From: an uncultured Candidatus Saccharibacteria bacterium
GTDB lineage: Bacteria; Patescibacteriota; Saccharimonadia; Saccharimonadales; Saccharimonadaceae
Assembly: GCA_946646285.1 (NCBI GenBank)
Contig: CAMPCN010000001.1
Location: 64,233 to 128,232, forward strand
Length of the DNA stretch: 64,000 nt
Direction: 5' to 3'
Positions 9,194-16,942 of the stretch are shown piece after piece. How positions within the stretch are numbered: the stretch's first letter is position 1; each line of letters starts with the position of its first letter. The notes beneath the pieces are model-generated. The model was not told where the DNA came from and searched no databases. It saw only the letters and a list, made by a program, of their open reading frames with translations. Made by a program: the position numbers and the translations under genes.

Positions 9194-9224
9194 ATACCTC
9201 CCCTTTTAGTGGGAGGTATTTTTG
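9194..9224 (+). terminator. Rho-independent terminator
   Basis: 9-bp stem ATACCTCCC / GGGAGGTAT, 8-nt loop and T-run. It overlaps the GTG start proposed by the ORF track for the next gene. Confidence 0.7.
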
Positions 9225-9241
9225 TATGTTATGATAAATGT

Positions 9242-9619
9242 ATGGGTATAAAAAACAAAAAAATTAATAAAACTATCTTTTGTTTCGGCTTAATGATTAG
9301 TAATTTGTTAATTTGTAGTAATACTTTTGCTGAAACGCCGAGTTATTATGCGCGCGAAGGAGCAAGTTCAATCGTAGTCCCAGATGGGCCAGATATAATG
9401 ACAATAATAAAAAACTTGCTAAATACTACGTTTGGAGTTGTAGGTATTATAGCGGTAGTTATGATGATTATTGGTGGTTTCTACTATATGACATCGCAAG
9501 GATCGCCAGAGAGAGTACAGAAAGGTAAAAATACAATTCTGTACGGTATAGTGGGTTTAATAATTGTCCTGTCTGCTTTCGCAATTGTAAACTTTGTGTT
9601 AAGCAGTTTGTTGGGTTAA
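9242..9619 (+). CDS. T4SS pilin-like paralogue 7
   Basis: VVMMIIGGFYYMTSQGSPERVQKGKNTILYGIVGLIIVLSAFAIVNFVLS. The start is moved to ATG 9242 because 9209-9224 is a terminator hairpin. Confidence 0.7.
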   Translation: MGIKNKKINKTIFCFGLMISNLLICSNTFAETPSYYAREGASSIVVPDGPDIMTIIKNLLNTTFGVVGIIAVVMMIIGGFYYMTSQGSPERVQKGKNTILYGIVGLIIVLSAFAIVNFVLSSLLG

Positions 9620-9641
9620 TTATTATTTTTTTGTGAGAATC

Positions 9642-9669
9642 AAAAAATCGCCGTTTCGGGCGATTTTTT
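9642..9669. terminator. Bidirectional terminator between convergent pilin 7 and hsp20
   Basis: AAAAAATCGCC-gtttcg-GGCGATTTTTT. Confidence 0.7.
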
Positions 9670-9678
9670 GGTGATTAT

Positions 9679-10197
9679 TTAATTAATCGTAATGCGTTTT
9701 GGAGCTTCAGTCTTTTCCTTTTCGAAGGAGATAGTAAGGACGCCATCCTTTAGGACTGCCTCTACGCCATCTTCTTTAACTTGTACTGGGAGGGCGATAG
9801 TGCGGCTAAATTCTCCCCAATAACATTCTTGAATATGCCATTGGGTAGCTTTATCGTCTTCCCCACCGTTAAGAACGCCAGAAATGGTAAGGATATTGTC
9901 AGAAATTGAAACGTCAAGATCCTTGCGTTCAATGCCAGCGGTGCGAGCTTTGATGATTAATTTATCGTTTGTTTCGTAAACATCTACAGCTAGCTGACCT
10001 GGAATGTCATCTGCGCTATCATCCCAACCGTCGCCGTCGTCGACATATTCTTCTTCGACGATGGCAGTTTCTTCAACTGGAGTGTTGACTGGAGTTTCCA
10101 CCGGTTCCTCTTCTGCAACTAGTCCAGAGTTATCGCCCTCTAAAAAGGCAGCTGTGAGCTCATCGTCTAAGCTCATTTCGTCTTGTTTGCGAGCCAT
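9679..10197 (-). CDS. Hsp20/alpha-crystallin small heat-shock protein with acidic N-terminal extension
   Basis: Alpha-crystallin core: LAVDVYETNDKLIIKARTAGIERKDLDVSISDNILTISGV ... FSRTIALPVQVKEDGVEAVLKDGVLTISFEK. Confidence 0.9.
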   Translation of the reverse strand: MARKQDEMSLDDELTAAFLEGDNSGLVAEEEPVETPVNTPVEETAIVEEEYVDDGDGWDDSADDIPGQLAVDVYETNDKLIIKARTAGIERKDLDVSISDNILTISGVLNGGEDDKATQWHIQECYWGEFSRTIALPVQVKEDGVEAVLKDGVLTISFEKEKTEAPKRITIN

Positions 10198-10285
10198 TGT
10201 TTTATATAACCTCCACTAATTTACACTCTTAAGCTTTATTATATGTATGTTTATTCTTAAAATCAAGAAAAATGGAGGTTTTGTT

Positions 10286-10954
10286 GTGAAAAATACAATA
10301 CGTGTATCAATTGGTGATATATTGTGTCCTTATTCCTGTATTTCCTGTGGAAAAGTTGGTGGAATACTATGCGATTGTTGTAAAAAATACATCATGTCGA
10401 ATGATTATTGAAAATGTTTATGTTGCGACGGCAATCTAAAGAACAATCAATGCGAACGCTGCGTGCTTCCTTTTTGTGATCAATTTTGTTTAGGAAAAAG
10501 GATGGGATTATTAAAAGATTTAATAAATATATATAAGTATAAATCAGTGCGCGTCTGCGCGGAAACTTTTGCTTATTTGCTAAGAGAAAAGTACGGTCTG
10601 TTCCTTGAGGGAAAAATTGTAGTACCTTTACCTACGATTAGTAAGCATATCCGCGAACGTGGCTTTGATCATATGGCGTTTTTGGCAAAAAGAATTGCAT
10701 ATGTTTGTGGCGGCAAGTGAGAAAAAGTATTAAAGCGAGTTGGAAATACCGTACAGGTTGGCGCAGATGAGATGGTGCGTAAAAAACAAGCATTAGGCGC
10801 ATATAGTGTTACTAATAGGGTTAATTTTGATGCACGGTATGTCTTAATTGATGACGTATGGACTACTGGCAGTAGTATGATGGCTGCATGTTCGGAGCTC
10901 CAAAAAGCTGGAGTGGAAAAAATCTCGGTAGTTTTGCTTGCTAAAAGTGAGTAA
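10286..10954 (+). pseudogene. comF: ComF-family (phosphoribosyltransferase-type competence protein) reading frame interrupted by two in-frame TGA codons
   Basis: One frame runs from GTG 10286 (GGAGG 7 nt upstream) to TAA 10954. It carries CxxC...CxxC zinc-finger cysteines, LPTISKHIRERGFDH and the PRTase motif YVLIDDVWTTGSS. In-frame TGA codons lie at 10409-10411 and 10718-10720. Confidence 0.75.
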
Positions 10955-10956
10955 AA

Positions 10957-11355
10957 TTAAACAGTAGTAGAGCCGCCAACGGCGCTGATCACGAAGTTGA
11001 CTATTGCGTATGAAAGGATGGCGATAATTAGGCCGATGATGGCATACATAATAGTGTTTTTGGCGTCGGTAACTTTTTTACTGTCGCCTCCAGAGATGAT
11101 ATAGCGTAAGCCGCCATAGATGAGCATTACGACAGATATGATACCTACAGCGAAAAGAATGGTGTTTGTAATGCGAGTAAAAACGCCGGAAGCTCCGATT
11201 AGTTCGGCCGGCATGCCATTGCCGCGAGCAGCGTCAGCACCAGCTTGAGCTGGATTATCATAATTCATGGCGGCCATTGCGCGACCTGCAAAAAGCGTCG
11301 CGGTAGTTGCAGCGCCAGTGAGAACTTGCCCTGTTTTTTCGATTAATTTTTTCAT
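10957..11355 (-). CDS. T4SS pilin-like paralogue 8 (isolated, opposite strand)
   Basis: VVMLIYGGLRYIISGGDSKKVTDAKNTIMYAIIGLIIAILSYAIVNFVISAV. Confidence 0.75.
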   Translation of the reverse strand: MKKLIEKTGQVLTGAATTATLFAGRAMAAMNYDNPAQAGADAARGNGMPAELIGASGVFTRITNTILFAVGIISVVMLIYGGLRYIISGGDSKKVTDAKNTIMYAIIGLIIAILSYAIVNFVISAVGGSTTV

Positions 11356-11462
11356 ATATTGTGCTCTATTTTACCCTTAAAGATGAGTAAATTATACATT
11401 ATTATTAAGTATACGGCAAATATGTGCAAATTAATTATTAATGTGTTAGAATAATCTGTATT

Positions 11463-11555
11463 GGAGGGTTACCCAAGTGGTTGAAGGGGACGGTTTGCTA
11501 AATCGTTAGACTGGCGAAAGCTGGTGCGAGAGTTCGAATCTCTCACCCTCCGCCA
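11463..11555 (+). tRNA. tRNA-Ser (anticodon GCU), CCA encoded
   Basis: Acceptor GGAGGGT/ACCCTCC, anticodon loop TTGCTAA, long variable arm and T-loop GTTCGAATC. Confidence 0.9.
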
Positions 11556-11610
11556 AAAGATGCTCAAGAAATTGAGCGTTTTTTGTTGTATATTGTATAG
11601 TTTGCACTTA

Positions 11611-11619
11611 TGGTATAAT
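11611..11619 (+). promoter_or_regulatory. Extended -10 (TGgTATAAT) 6 nt upstream of ATG 11626; leaderless candidate
   Basis: TGGTATAAT-ttcaat-ATG with no SD. Confidence 0.45.
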
Positions 11620-11625
11620 TTCAAT

Positions 11626-12090
11626 ATGGCAAAGAAGATACTAGTGAACTGGGAAGCTCGCGAATATATTGAATACAAGAAAAATATTAAATGGTATATT
11701 GGCTTGGCTATCGTCACGGTATGTTTATGTTTGATTGCAGTTTTGTTGCAGCAGTGGACTTTTTTGTTATTAGTTATTGTTGCTGTAATTGCTTTGCTTA
11801 CTTATACTTCTCGTAGTCCACGATTATTGCATTATAGCCTAACGGAAAATGGGCTATCCGAGGGTAACAATATGTATGTGTTTAGCGATTTTCGCTCTTT
11901 TGGTGTTTTGAACGAGGATAATCATTACTCAATTGTTTTGATTCCGAAGAAGCGTTTTGCGCCAAGGGTGACGGTATATTTTCCTGAGACTGAGGGTGAA
12001 CAGATAGTCGATGTATTTGGGGCGCGTTTGCCAATGGAGCCAGTAAAGTTGGATTTGTTAGATAAACTAGTGCGCTTCTTGAGAATTTAG
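11626..12090 (+). CDS. Hypothetical membrane protein (two TM helices plus small C-terminal domain)
   Basis: The track ORF 11524-12090 starts inside the tRNA, so I trimmed it to MAKKILVNWEAREY... at 11626. Confidence 0.6.
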   Translation: MAKKILVNWEAREYIEYKKNIKWYIGLAIVTVCLCLIAVLLQQWTFLLLVIVAVIALLTYTSRSPRLLHYSLTENGLSEGNNMYVFSDFRSFGVLNEDNHYSIVLIPKKRFAPRVTVYFPETEGEQIVDVFGARLPMEPVKLDLLDKLVRFLRI

Positions 12091-12165
12091 TTTTACTTGC
12101 GCGCAAAGCATTAGCATGTTAGTATAATAATTAAGGTTAAGATTAGATAAAAAGGTGGGCCAAAA

Positions 12166-12651
12166 ATGGAACAAGGAAACACTGCAACTCCGGACGAGTT
12201 GCAACAAGCGATAAATAGTATTACGAATGGCGGTGCGCAAAACGATGCGACCAATGCGGTTGCGCAGGTTGAAAACTCCATACTAGGAGCTGCCCCCGCT
12301 CCCGCTCCAGCTCCGGCTCCTGCTCCAGAGGCGGCACCGGCGCCTATGGAAATAGTATCAGCGAAAGCGCAGTATGGGGATCCGGATCTCGATAAGGTGA
12401 AGTCTATGGCATTAAGCGATCTTCGCCCAATTCTTGAGAAAGTTGATATTGCTCCTGAAAAGAAGTTTATGATTTATAAAGACATCATTGATCTTACCGA
12501 GGATAAAGCCTGTATTGAGCCGGCATATAATGCAGCCAGCAAGATTACTGACGAGAAGGCGAAGGGGGAGGCTCTAGTGTTCATTGTTGAATGCATTGAT
12601 AAACTAGGCATACAAATGGTCGTCGGCGCCGAAGAGGAAGAAGAACAATAA
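12166..12651 (+). CDS. Hypothetical protein with (AP)n linker and acidic tail
   Basis: 161-aa ORF with SD AAAGGTGGG. It contains APAPAPAPAPAPEAAPAP. Confidence 0.6.
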   Translation: MEQGNTATPDELQQAINSITNGGAQNDATNAVAQVENSILGAAPAPAPAPAPAPEAAPAPMEIVSAKAQYGDPDLDKVKSMALSDLRPILEKVDIAPEKKFMIYKDIIDLTEDKACIEPAYNAASKITDEKAKGEALVFIVECIDKLGIQMVVGAEEEEEQ

Positions 12652-12673
12652 ATCTAATCTAAGAATGCTTGCG

Positions 12674-12704
12674 ACTCCCCTTCCCTACGGAGGGGAGTTT
12701 TTTA
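12674..12704 (+). terminator. Rho-independent terminator
   Basis: ACTCCCC / GGGGAGT stem plus a T-run. Confidence 0.7.
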
Positions 12705-12772
12705 TGGGCCATATACCGAGTGGCTAAAATAATTATGTTAATATAATAATTGGAAAGGGAGAAATAATAAAG

Positions 12773-15700
12773 GTGATAAAGAAGGCTGTTTTATTATTGA
12801 TTTTAGTTGCAGCTGCGCTTGGGGTTGAGATTGCGGTCATTTCTAAAGATAATGTAGGCCTTTTTGGCAATAATGTAAGTAGCAATACTGGCGCACTGGC
12901 GGCAAGTTCTAATACCAAAATCGTCGGCTATAACGCAGATGGTATTTGTGATGCCGTGAAAACCAATAAGGATTTGAGGATTGGTATCAGGGGTTATTAT
13001 GATAGCAAAAGATATTATTTTAATTCGCCTACTGATACATGTAATAATATGTCGACATACACTATAAGAGAGAGTCAGATTAAAAAAGGTGAGGCATATG
13101 TGCGTTATGGGAGGGCGGCGCGGTCGAGTAAAATATATGCAGATGATGTTTTGGTCAAGAATGCTAATAGCTACGGGAGTCGAGCGTATTTCTTTGTTTC
13201 GAATCGGCCGAAGACGGGTATGGGAGACTCTTTGAATTCGTTGAAGCCGGGCGAGAAGACGTTCCTATATCTTGATGTTAGCGGTAAAGGAGTTAGGAGT
13301 AATACGTATGGGGACTTGCGGCTTTTTGTGGTGTATGGAAAATCAGTAGCCGCTGCTGACGTTACGACGTATAGGACAATCGACACCGATATTGCGGCGT
13401 ATAATTCGATTGCTTTTTTTGTTCATACAAATAAAAGTACATATGGTCCATATGCGATGGCGGATGCGGAATATGATAACTATTATAGAGAACAGTCCTC
13501 CGATGGCAGTAATAAGATAATTACTACATATAAGCTGATTTCGAAGAATCTAGTAGGGGGGATACCGGCGGGCGAGGCTATTAAAGGGATAGAGATATAT
13601 CCGTATTATAACTACCCGATCACAAAGGGGCTTTTTAGGCTGTTTAGTTTGTCGCTCTATGGGTACAGCTCATATGGGGGTGGAAAAAGTTATGTAAGTG
13701 TGAATGGGGCGGAGGATGCGATTAGGCACAATGTAGTGAATAATATGCTTGAGAATGCCACGGTAAAGTGGAATATGTCCGGCGGCACGACTTTGCATTT
13801 CTATCACCACTACGTAACGGAGCCGATTATAATAAAGCCTAGCAGCAAACAGAATTATTACGGCATTCCATATGTGAATACAGTTAAATCGACAATTGGA
13901 CAATTTACGCATTATGGTACGGTGAATGATGTCGCGACGGCAAAGAAGAAAAACACGGCATATTTTTCTTATAAGTTAGCAGACACTTTTCAGGCTACAG
14001 TTACAAGTAATCACGGAAAGACGTTCAATGCTGGAAGTGCAATTCCAAACAAAACATTATATATAAATGAAGCATATGAAAAGAACGACAAGATAGGGAC
14101 GAGAAAAACCGAATTGCAAAATGGAAACCTCCAGTTTATTCGTAATTCGTTTGGTTTGAAGGGTGATGGCTATTACCTAGGCCTTGATTGTAGCTCGTCG
14201 ATTTATTTGGCCGTCGGTAGAGATGTGGCGACATTAAGTCCGATGGCGGACTCGGGTAGGTACTTCAGTAATGGGCAGGTATCCATGTTGGGTGGATTGA
14301 GTGTTTCTGCTGATAAGGTGGAAAAGTACCTGCGCAAAAAAGGTTCATTGAAGAATAGCCAGCATATGACCAGTGAAATGTATAAGTCGAACTATTCGAC
14401 GTATATCAAGACCACTTATGGTAATCAGAAGATTTATAACGGATATGCATTGGCGTTGCCGGGTGATATTATCGATGTGTATGGTCACGTGAGGATGGTG
14501 TCTGGATATAGCCATGTCGTGTGCAAAAAGGATGGTGTTTCGACAGATAAATACAAGAATGGTTTTTGCGACGCGCATGGTGGAATAAATCCAGATAAGA
14601 GTTATGTCATTACGACGGAGGTTGGCACTCGCCATCAGAAAGTATACCAGAGAGATGCAACGCATATCGCGGCTTCTAAGACGGGCTGGAAATATACCCT
14701 GAATCCTCAGTTGACGGATTTGAAGTCAGTAGATGATCTTTACAATAAGAATAAAGGGCTGTTATCGATTTTCAAGGTTAATTTGAAATATTCGTTTACT
14801 TCCCTGTTTAATTCCAATTACTATGCTTTTAGATATAAAAATATAACGAATTATATTGCGAAGAACAAAATTGAAAAACCAGTTGCCAGGTTGGCTTTAG
14901 ATAAGTCTTATAATAACTTGAATCAGACTTTGTATGATTATTTTGCGAATAATAAGAGACTAAAAGGTACGTTGTTTACGAATTATGTTATTGACGCGAT
15001 TAGAGTTGAGATAAATGGCACAACGTATTATGAATATCCAAGACAAACGACAATATTTTCGTTCTATTCTGATATTACGAATACGAAGATTACGAATGCG
15101 ATAAAGAACCTTAATTATAAGAATAAGAATTCAATCAAAATTAGCGTAAAATTTGGACCAAACATTAGTGCCGTTAGGACGGCAGCGGGGGCGGATAGTA
15201 GTGGATATATCAAAATTCTGGATACGACGAATTTAACGGCAAATATCATCGTTAAATCCACTAGTGTAAAGTTGAATAAGACGAGCTTATCGGTGTTGAC
15301 CGGAAAGACAACTTCTCTGACGGCGACGGTTGTACCCTCAAGTACGACGAATAAGGCCGTGACTTGGACGAGTAGCAATACTAATGTAGCAACGGTTAGC
15401 GCGAGCGGCATTGTAAAAGGAGTGGGTAATGGAAAAGCGATAATCACAGTAAAGACTAATGATACGGGAAAAACAACGACGGCAACGGTTACGGTGACGA
15501 CGGCCGTGACTAGTGTAAAGCTATCGAAAACGAGCACCACAATTAATACTGGCAAGACTGAAAAGTTAGAGGCTATCGTTTCGCCGAAAGCGGCATCAAA
15601 CAAGACCGTGACTTGGAAAAGTAGCAACACGAGTGTAGCGACGGTTACTAGTGTGGGAATAGTAACAGCGAAGGGCGTCGGCACAGCAACGATTACGGCG

Positions 15701-16876
15701 ACAACGAATGATGGTGGAAAGAGCGCTTCGGCGACCGTGACCGTCGTAAAGCCTACAGTCAGTGTGACTGGTATTAAAGTATCGAAGACTAGCATAAGTT
15801 TGTTGATTGGGGCGACAGAAAAGATTACGGCGACAGTGAAGCCGTCGAACGCAACGAATAAGGCTGTAACTTGGACGAGTAACAATACGAGTGTGGCAAC
15901 TGTTACCGGTGAGGGGACAATAGTGGCGGAAGGGGTCGGCACAGCAACGATTACGGCGACAACGAATGATGGTGGAAAGAAAGCAACCGTAAGTGTTACA
16001 GTCTCGCCGATTAGAGTGCAATCGATAACGTTGAGCAAGAATAGTGCAACATTAGAGGTGGGTGAAACGAGTCAGATTAGTGCTACGGTTTCGCCGTCGA
16101 ATGCAACGAATAAGGCTGTAACTTGGATGAGTAGCAACACGAGTGTAGCGACGGTTACTAGTGTGGGGATAGTGACAGCGAAGGGCGTCGGCACAGCAAC
16201 GATTACGGCGACAACGAATGATGGTGGAAAGAAAGCAACCGTAATCGTGACGGTGTTTAGCAATGAAATAATTAAGGACAACGGTGGTACTGAAGACGAA
16301 GCGGCAGATGATGATATTGACGCGATTCCCACTGCGAACATAAAGCTTAATACGGCGAGTGCGACAATTAATGTTGGCAGTACAGTGACCTTAACCGCTA
16401 CGGTTACGCCGTCGAATGCAACGAATAAGGCTGTAACTTGGATGAGTAGCAACAGCAATGTTGCAACCGTAAGCGCATCTGGTGTCGTAAAGGGTGTATC
16501 TGTCGGTACAGCGACAATTACAGTAAAGACCAATGACGCCGGCAACTCGGCAATGGCAACAATAACGGTGGAAAAGTCTTCATCGAAGCCGTCTGGGGGC
16601 GGCAGTGACGGCGGTTCGGGAAATTTCGATGAGAATTCTGAAGGAAACGGGGACTCTGGTGGTCCTGGCGGGAATGGTGGTTCGGGAAATTTCGATGAGA
16701 ATTCTGAAGGAAACGGGGACGGGAATGGTAACCCTGACAATAGTGGCGGCGAGAATGATGTTGAAAATGGCCCGATGGGTAGCGTGAGCGAGATGGTGCG
16801 AGTAGTTGTTGTGTCCTTGATTGCAGTTACCCTGATTGGTGGCGGTGTGCTATTTGTGCTCAATAAGCGGAAGTAA
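12773..16876 (+). CDS. Giant surface protein: N-terminal anchor/signal, ~800-aa unknown region with candidate Cys/His hydrolase motifs, 5x Big_2 Ig-like repeats, GS/GN-rich repeat, C-terminal TM anchor
   Basis: 1367-aa ORF with five ~85-aa repeats carrying NKAVTW(T/M)SSNT(S/N)VATV...G(T/K)A(T/I)IT. Candidate catalytic motifs are GLDCSSSIY (Cys at 14189-14191) and PGDIIDVYGHVRMVSG (His at 14486-14488). The C-terminus VVVVSLIAVTLIGGGVLFVLNKRK looks like a TM anchor. Confidence 0.75.
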   Translation: MIKKAVLLLILVAAALGVEIAVISKDNVGLFGNNVSSNTGALAASSNTKIVGYNADGICDAVKTNKDLRIGIRGYYDSKRYYFNSPTDTCNNMSTYTIRESQIKKGEAYVRYGRAARSSKIYADDVLVKNANSYGSRAYFFVSNRPKTGMGDSLNSLKPGEKTFLYLDVSGKGVRSNTYGDLRLFVVYGKSVAAADVTTYRTIDTDIAAYNSIAFFVHTNKSTYGPYAMADAEYDNYYREQSSDGSNKIITTYKLISKNLVGGIPAGEAIKGIEIYPYYNYPITKGLFRLFSLSLYGYSSYGGGKSYVSVNGAEDAIRHNVVNNMLENATVKWNMSGGTTLHFYHHYVTEPIIIKPSSKQNYYGIPYVNTVKSTIGQFTHYGTVNDVATAKKKNTAYFSYKLADTFQATVTSNHGKTFNAGSAIPNKTLYINEAYEKNDKIGTRKTELQNGNLQFIRNSFGLKGDGYYLGLDCSSSIYLAVGRDVATLSPMADSGRYFSNGQVSMLGGLSVSADKVEKYLRKKGSLKNSQHMTSEMYKSNYSTYIKTTYGNQKIYNGYALALPGDIIDVYGHVRMVSGYSHVVCKKDGVSTDKYKNGFCDAHGGINPDKSYVITTEVGTRHQKVYQRDATHIAASKTGWKYTLNPQLTDLKSVDDLYNKNKGLLSIFKVNLKYSFTSLFNSNYYAFRYKNITNYIAKNKIEKPVARLALDKSYNNLNQTLYDYFANNKRLKGTLFTNYVIDAIRVEINGTTYYEYPRQTTIFSFYSDITNTKITNAIKNLNYKNKNSIKISVKFGPNISAVRTAAGADSSGYIKILDTTNLTANIIVKSTSVKLNKTSLSVLTGKTTSLTATVVPSSTTNKAVTWTSSNTNVATVSASGIVKGVGNGKAIITVKTNDTGKTTTATVTVTTAVTSVKLSKTSTTINTGKTEKLEAIVSPKAASNKTVTWKSSNTSVATVTSVGIVTAKGVGTATITATTNDGGKSASATVTVVKPTVSVTGIKVSKTSISLLIGATEKITATVKPSNATNKAVTWTSNNTSVATVTGEGTIVAEGVGTATITATTNDGGKKATVSVTVSPIRVQSITLSKNSATLEVGETSQISATVSPSNATNKAVTWMSSNTSVATVTSVGIVTAKGVGTATITATTNDGGKKATVIVTVFSNEIIKDNGGTEDEAADDDIDAIPTANIKLNTASATINVGSTVTLTATVTPSNATNKAVTWMSSNSNVATVSASGVVKGVSVGTATITVKTNDAGNSAMATITVEKSSSKPSGGGSDGGSGNFDENSEGNGDSGGPGGNGGSGNFDENSEGNGDGNGNPDNSGGENDVENGPMGSVSEMVRVVVVSLIAVTLIGGGVLFVLNKRK
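15250..16575. repeat. Five ~252-258-bp coding repeats (Big_2 units) with long near-identical DNA stretches
   Basis: The 44-mer gtcggcacagcaacgattacggcgacaacgaatgatggtggaaag occurs exactly at 15677, 15935 and 16187. Units 2 and 4 share ~115 bp at roughly 95% identity. Confidence 0.85.
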
Positions 16877-16879
16877 GGA

Positions 16880-16912
16880 AATACCCCCTAGTTTTTTTTG
16901 GGGGTATTCTTG
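16880..16912. terminator. Bidirectional terminator (AATACCCCC / GGGGGTATT)
   Basis: 9-bp stem flanked by A- and T-runs, between the convergent surface-protein gene and groEL. Confidence 0.7.
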
Positions 16913-16942
16913 TGTGTGAGGTTTTGTTTTTGGAGGCGTGTT

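Noticed and set aside
9209-9241. GTG start at 9209 proposed by the ORF track for pilin paralogue 7
   Set aside because: These bases form the 3' arm and T-run of the terminator hairpin of the preceding gene. ATG 9242 gives a normal lysine-rich signal-peptide N-terminus.
11469-11717. Minus-strand 82-aa ORF, and the 5' part of plus-strand ORF 11524-12090
   Set aside because: Both overlap tRNA-Ser(GCU). The plus ORF was trimmed to ATG 11626, directly after a -10 box.
15115-16863. Long minus-strand ORFs (307, 141 and 263 aa) across the Big_2 and GS-repeat region
   Set aside because: They are antisense to a 1367-aa ORF with clear domain structure. Their V/T/A-rich periodic sequence mirrors the sense-strand repeats, and they have no SD or promoter.
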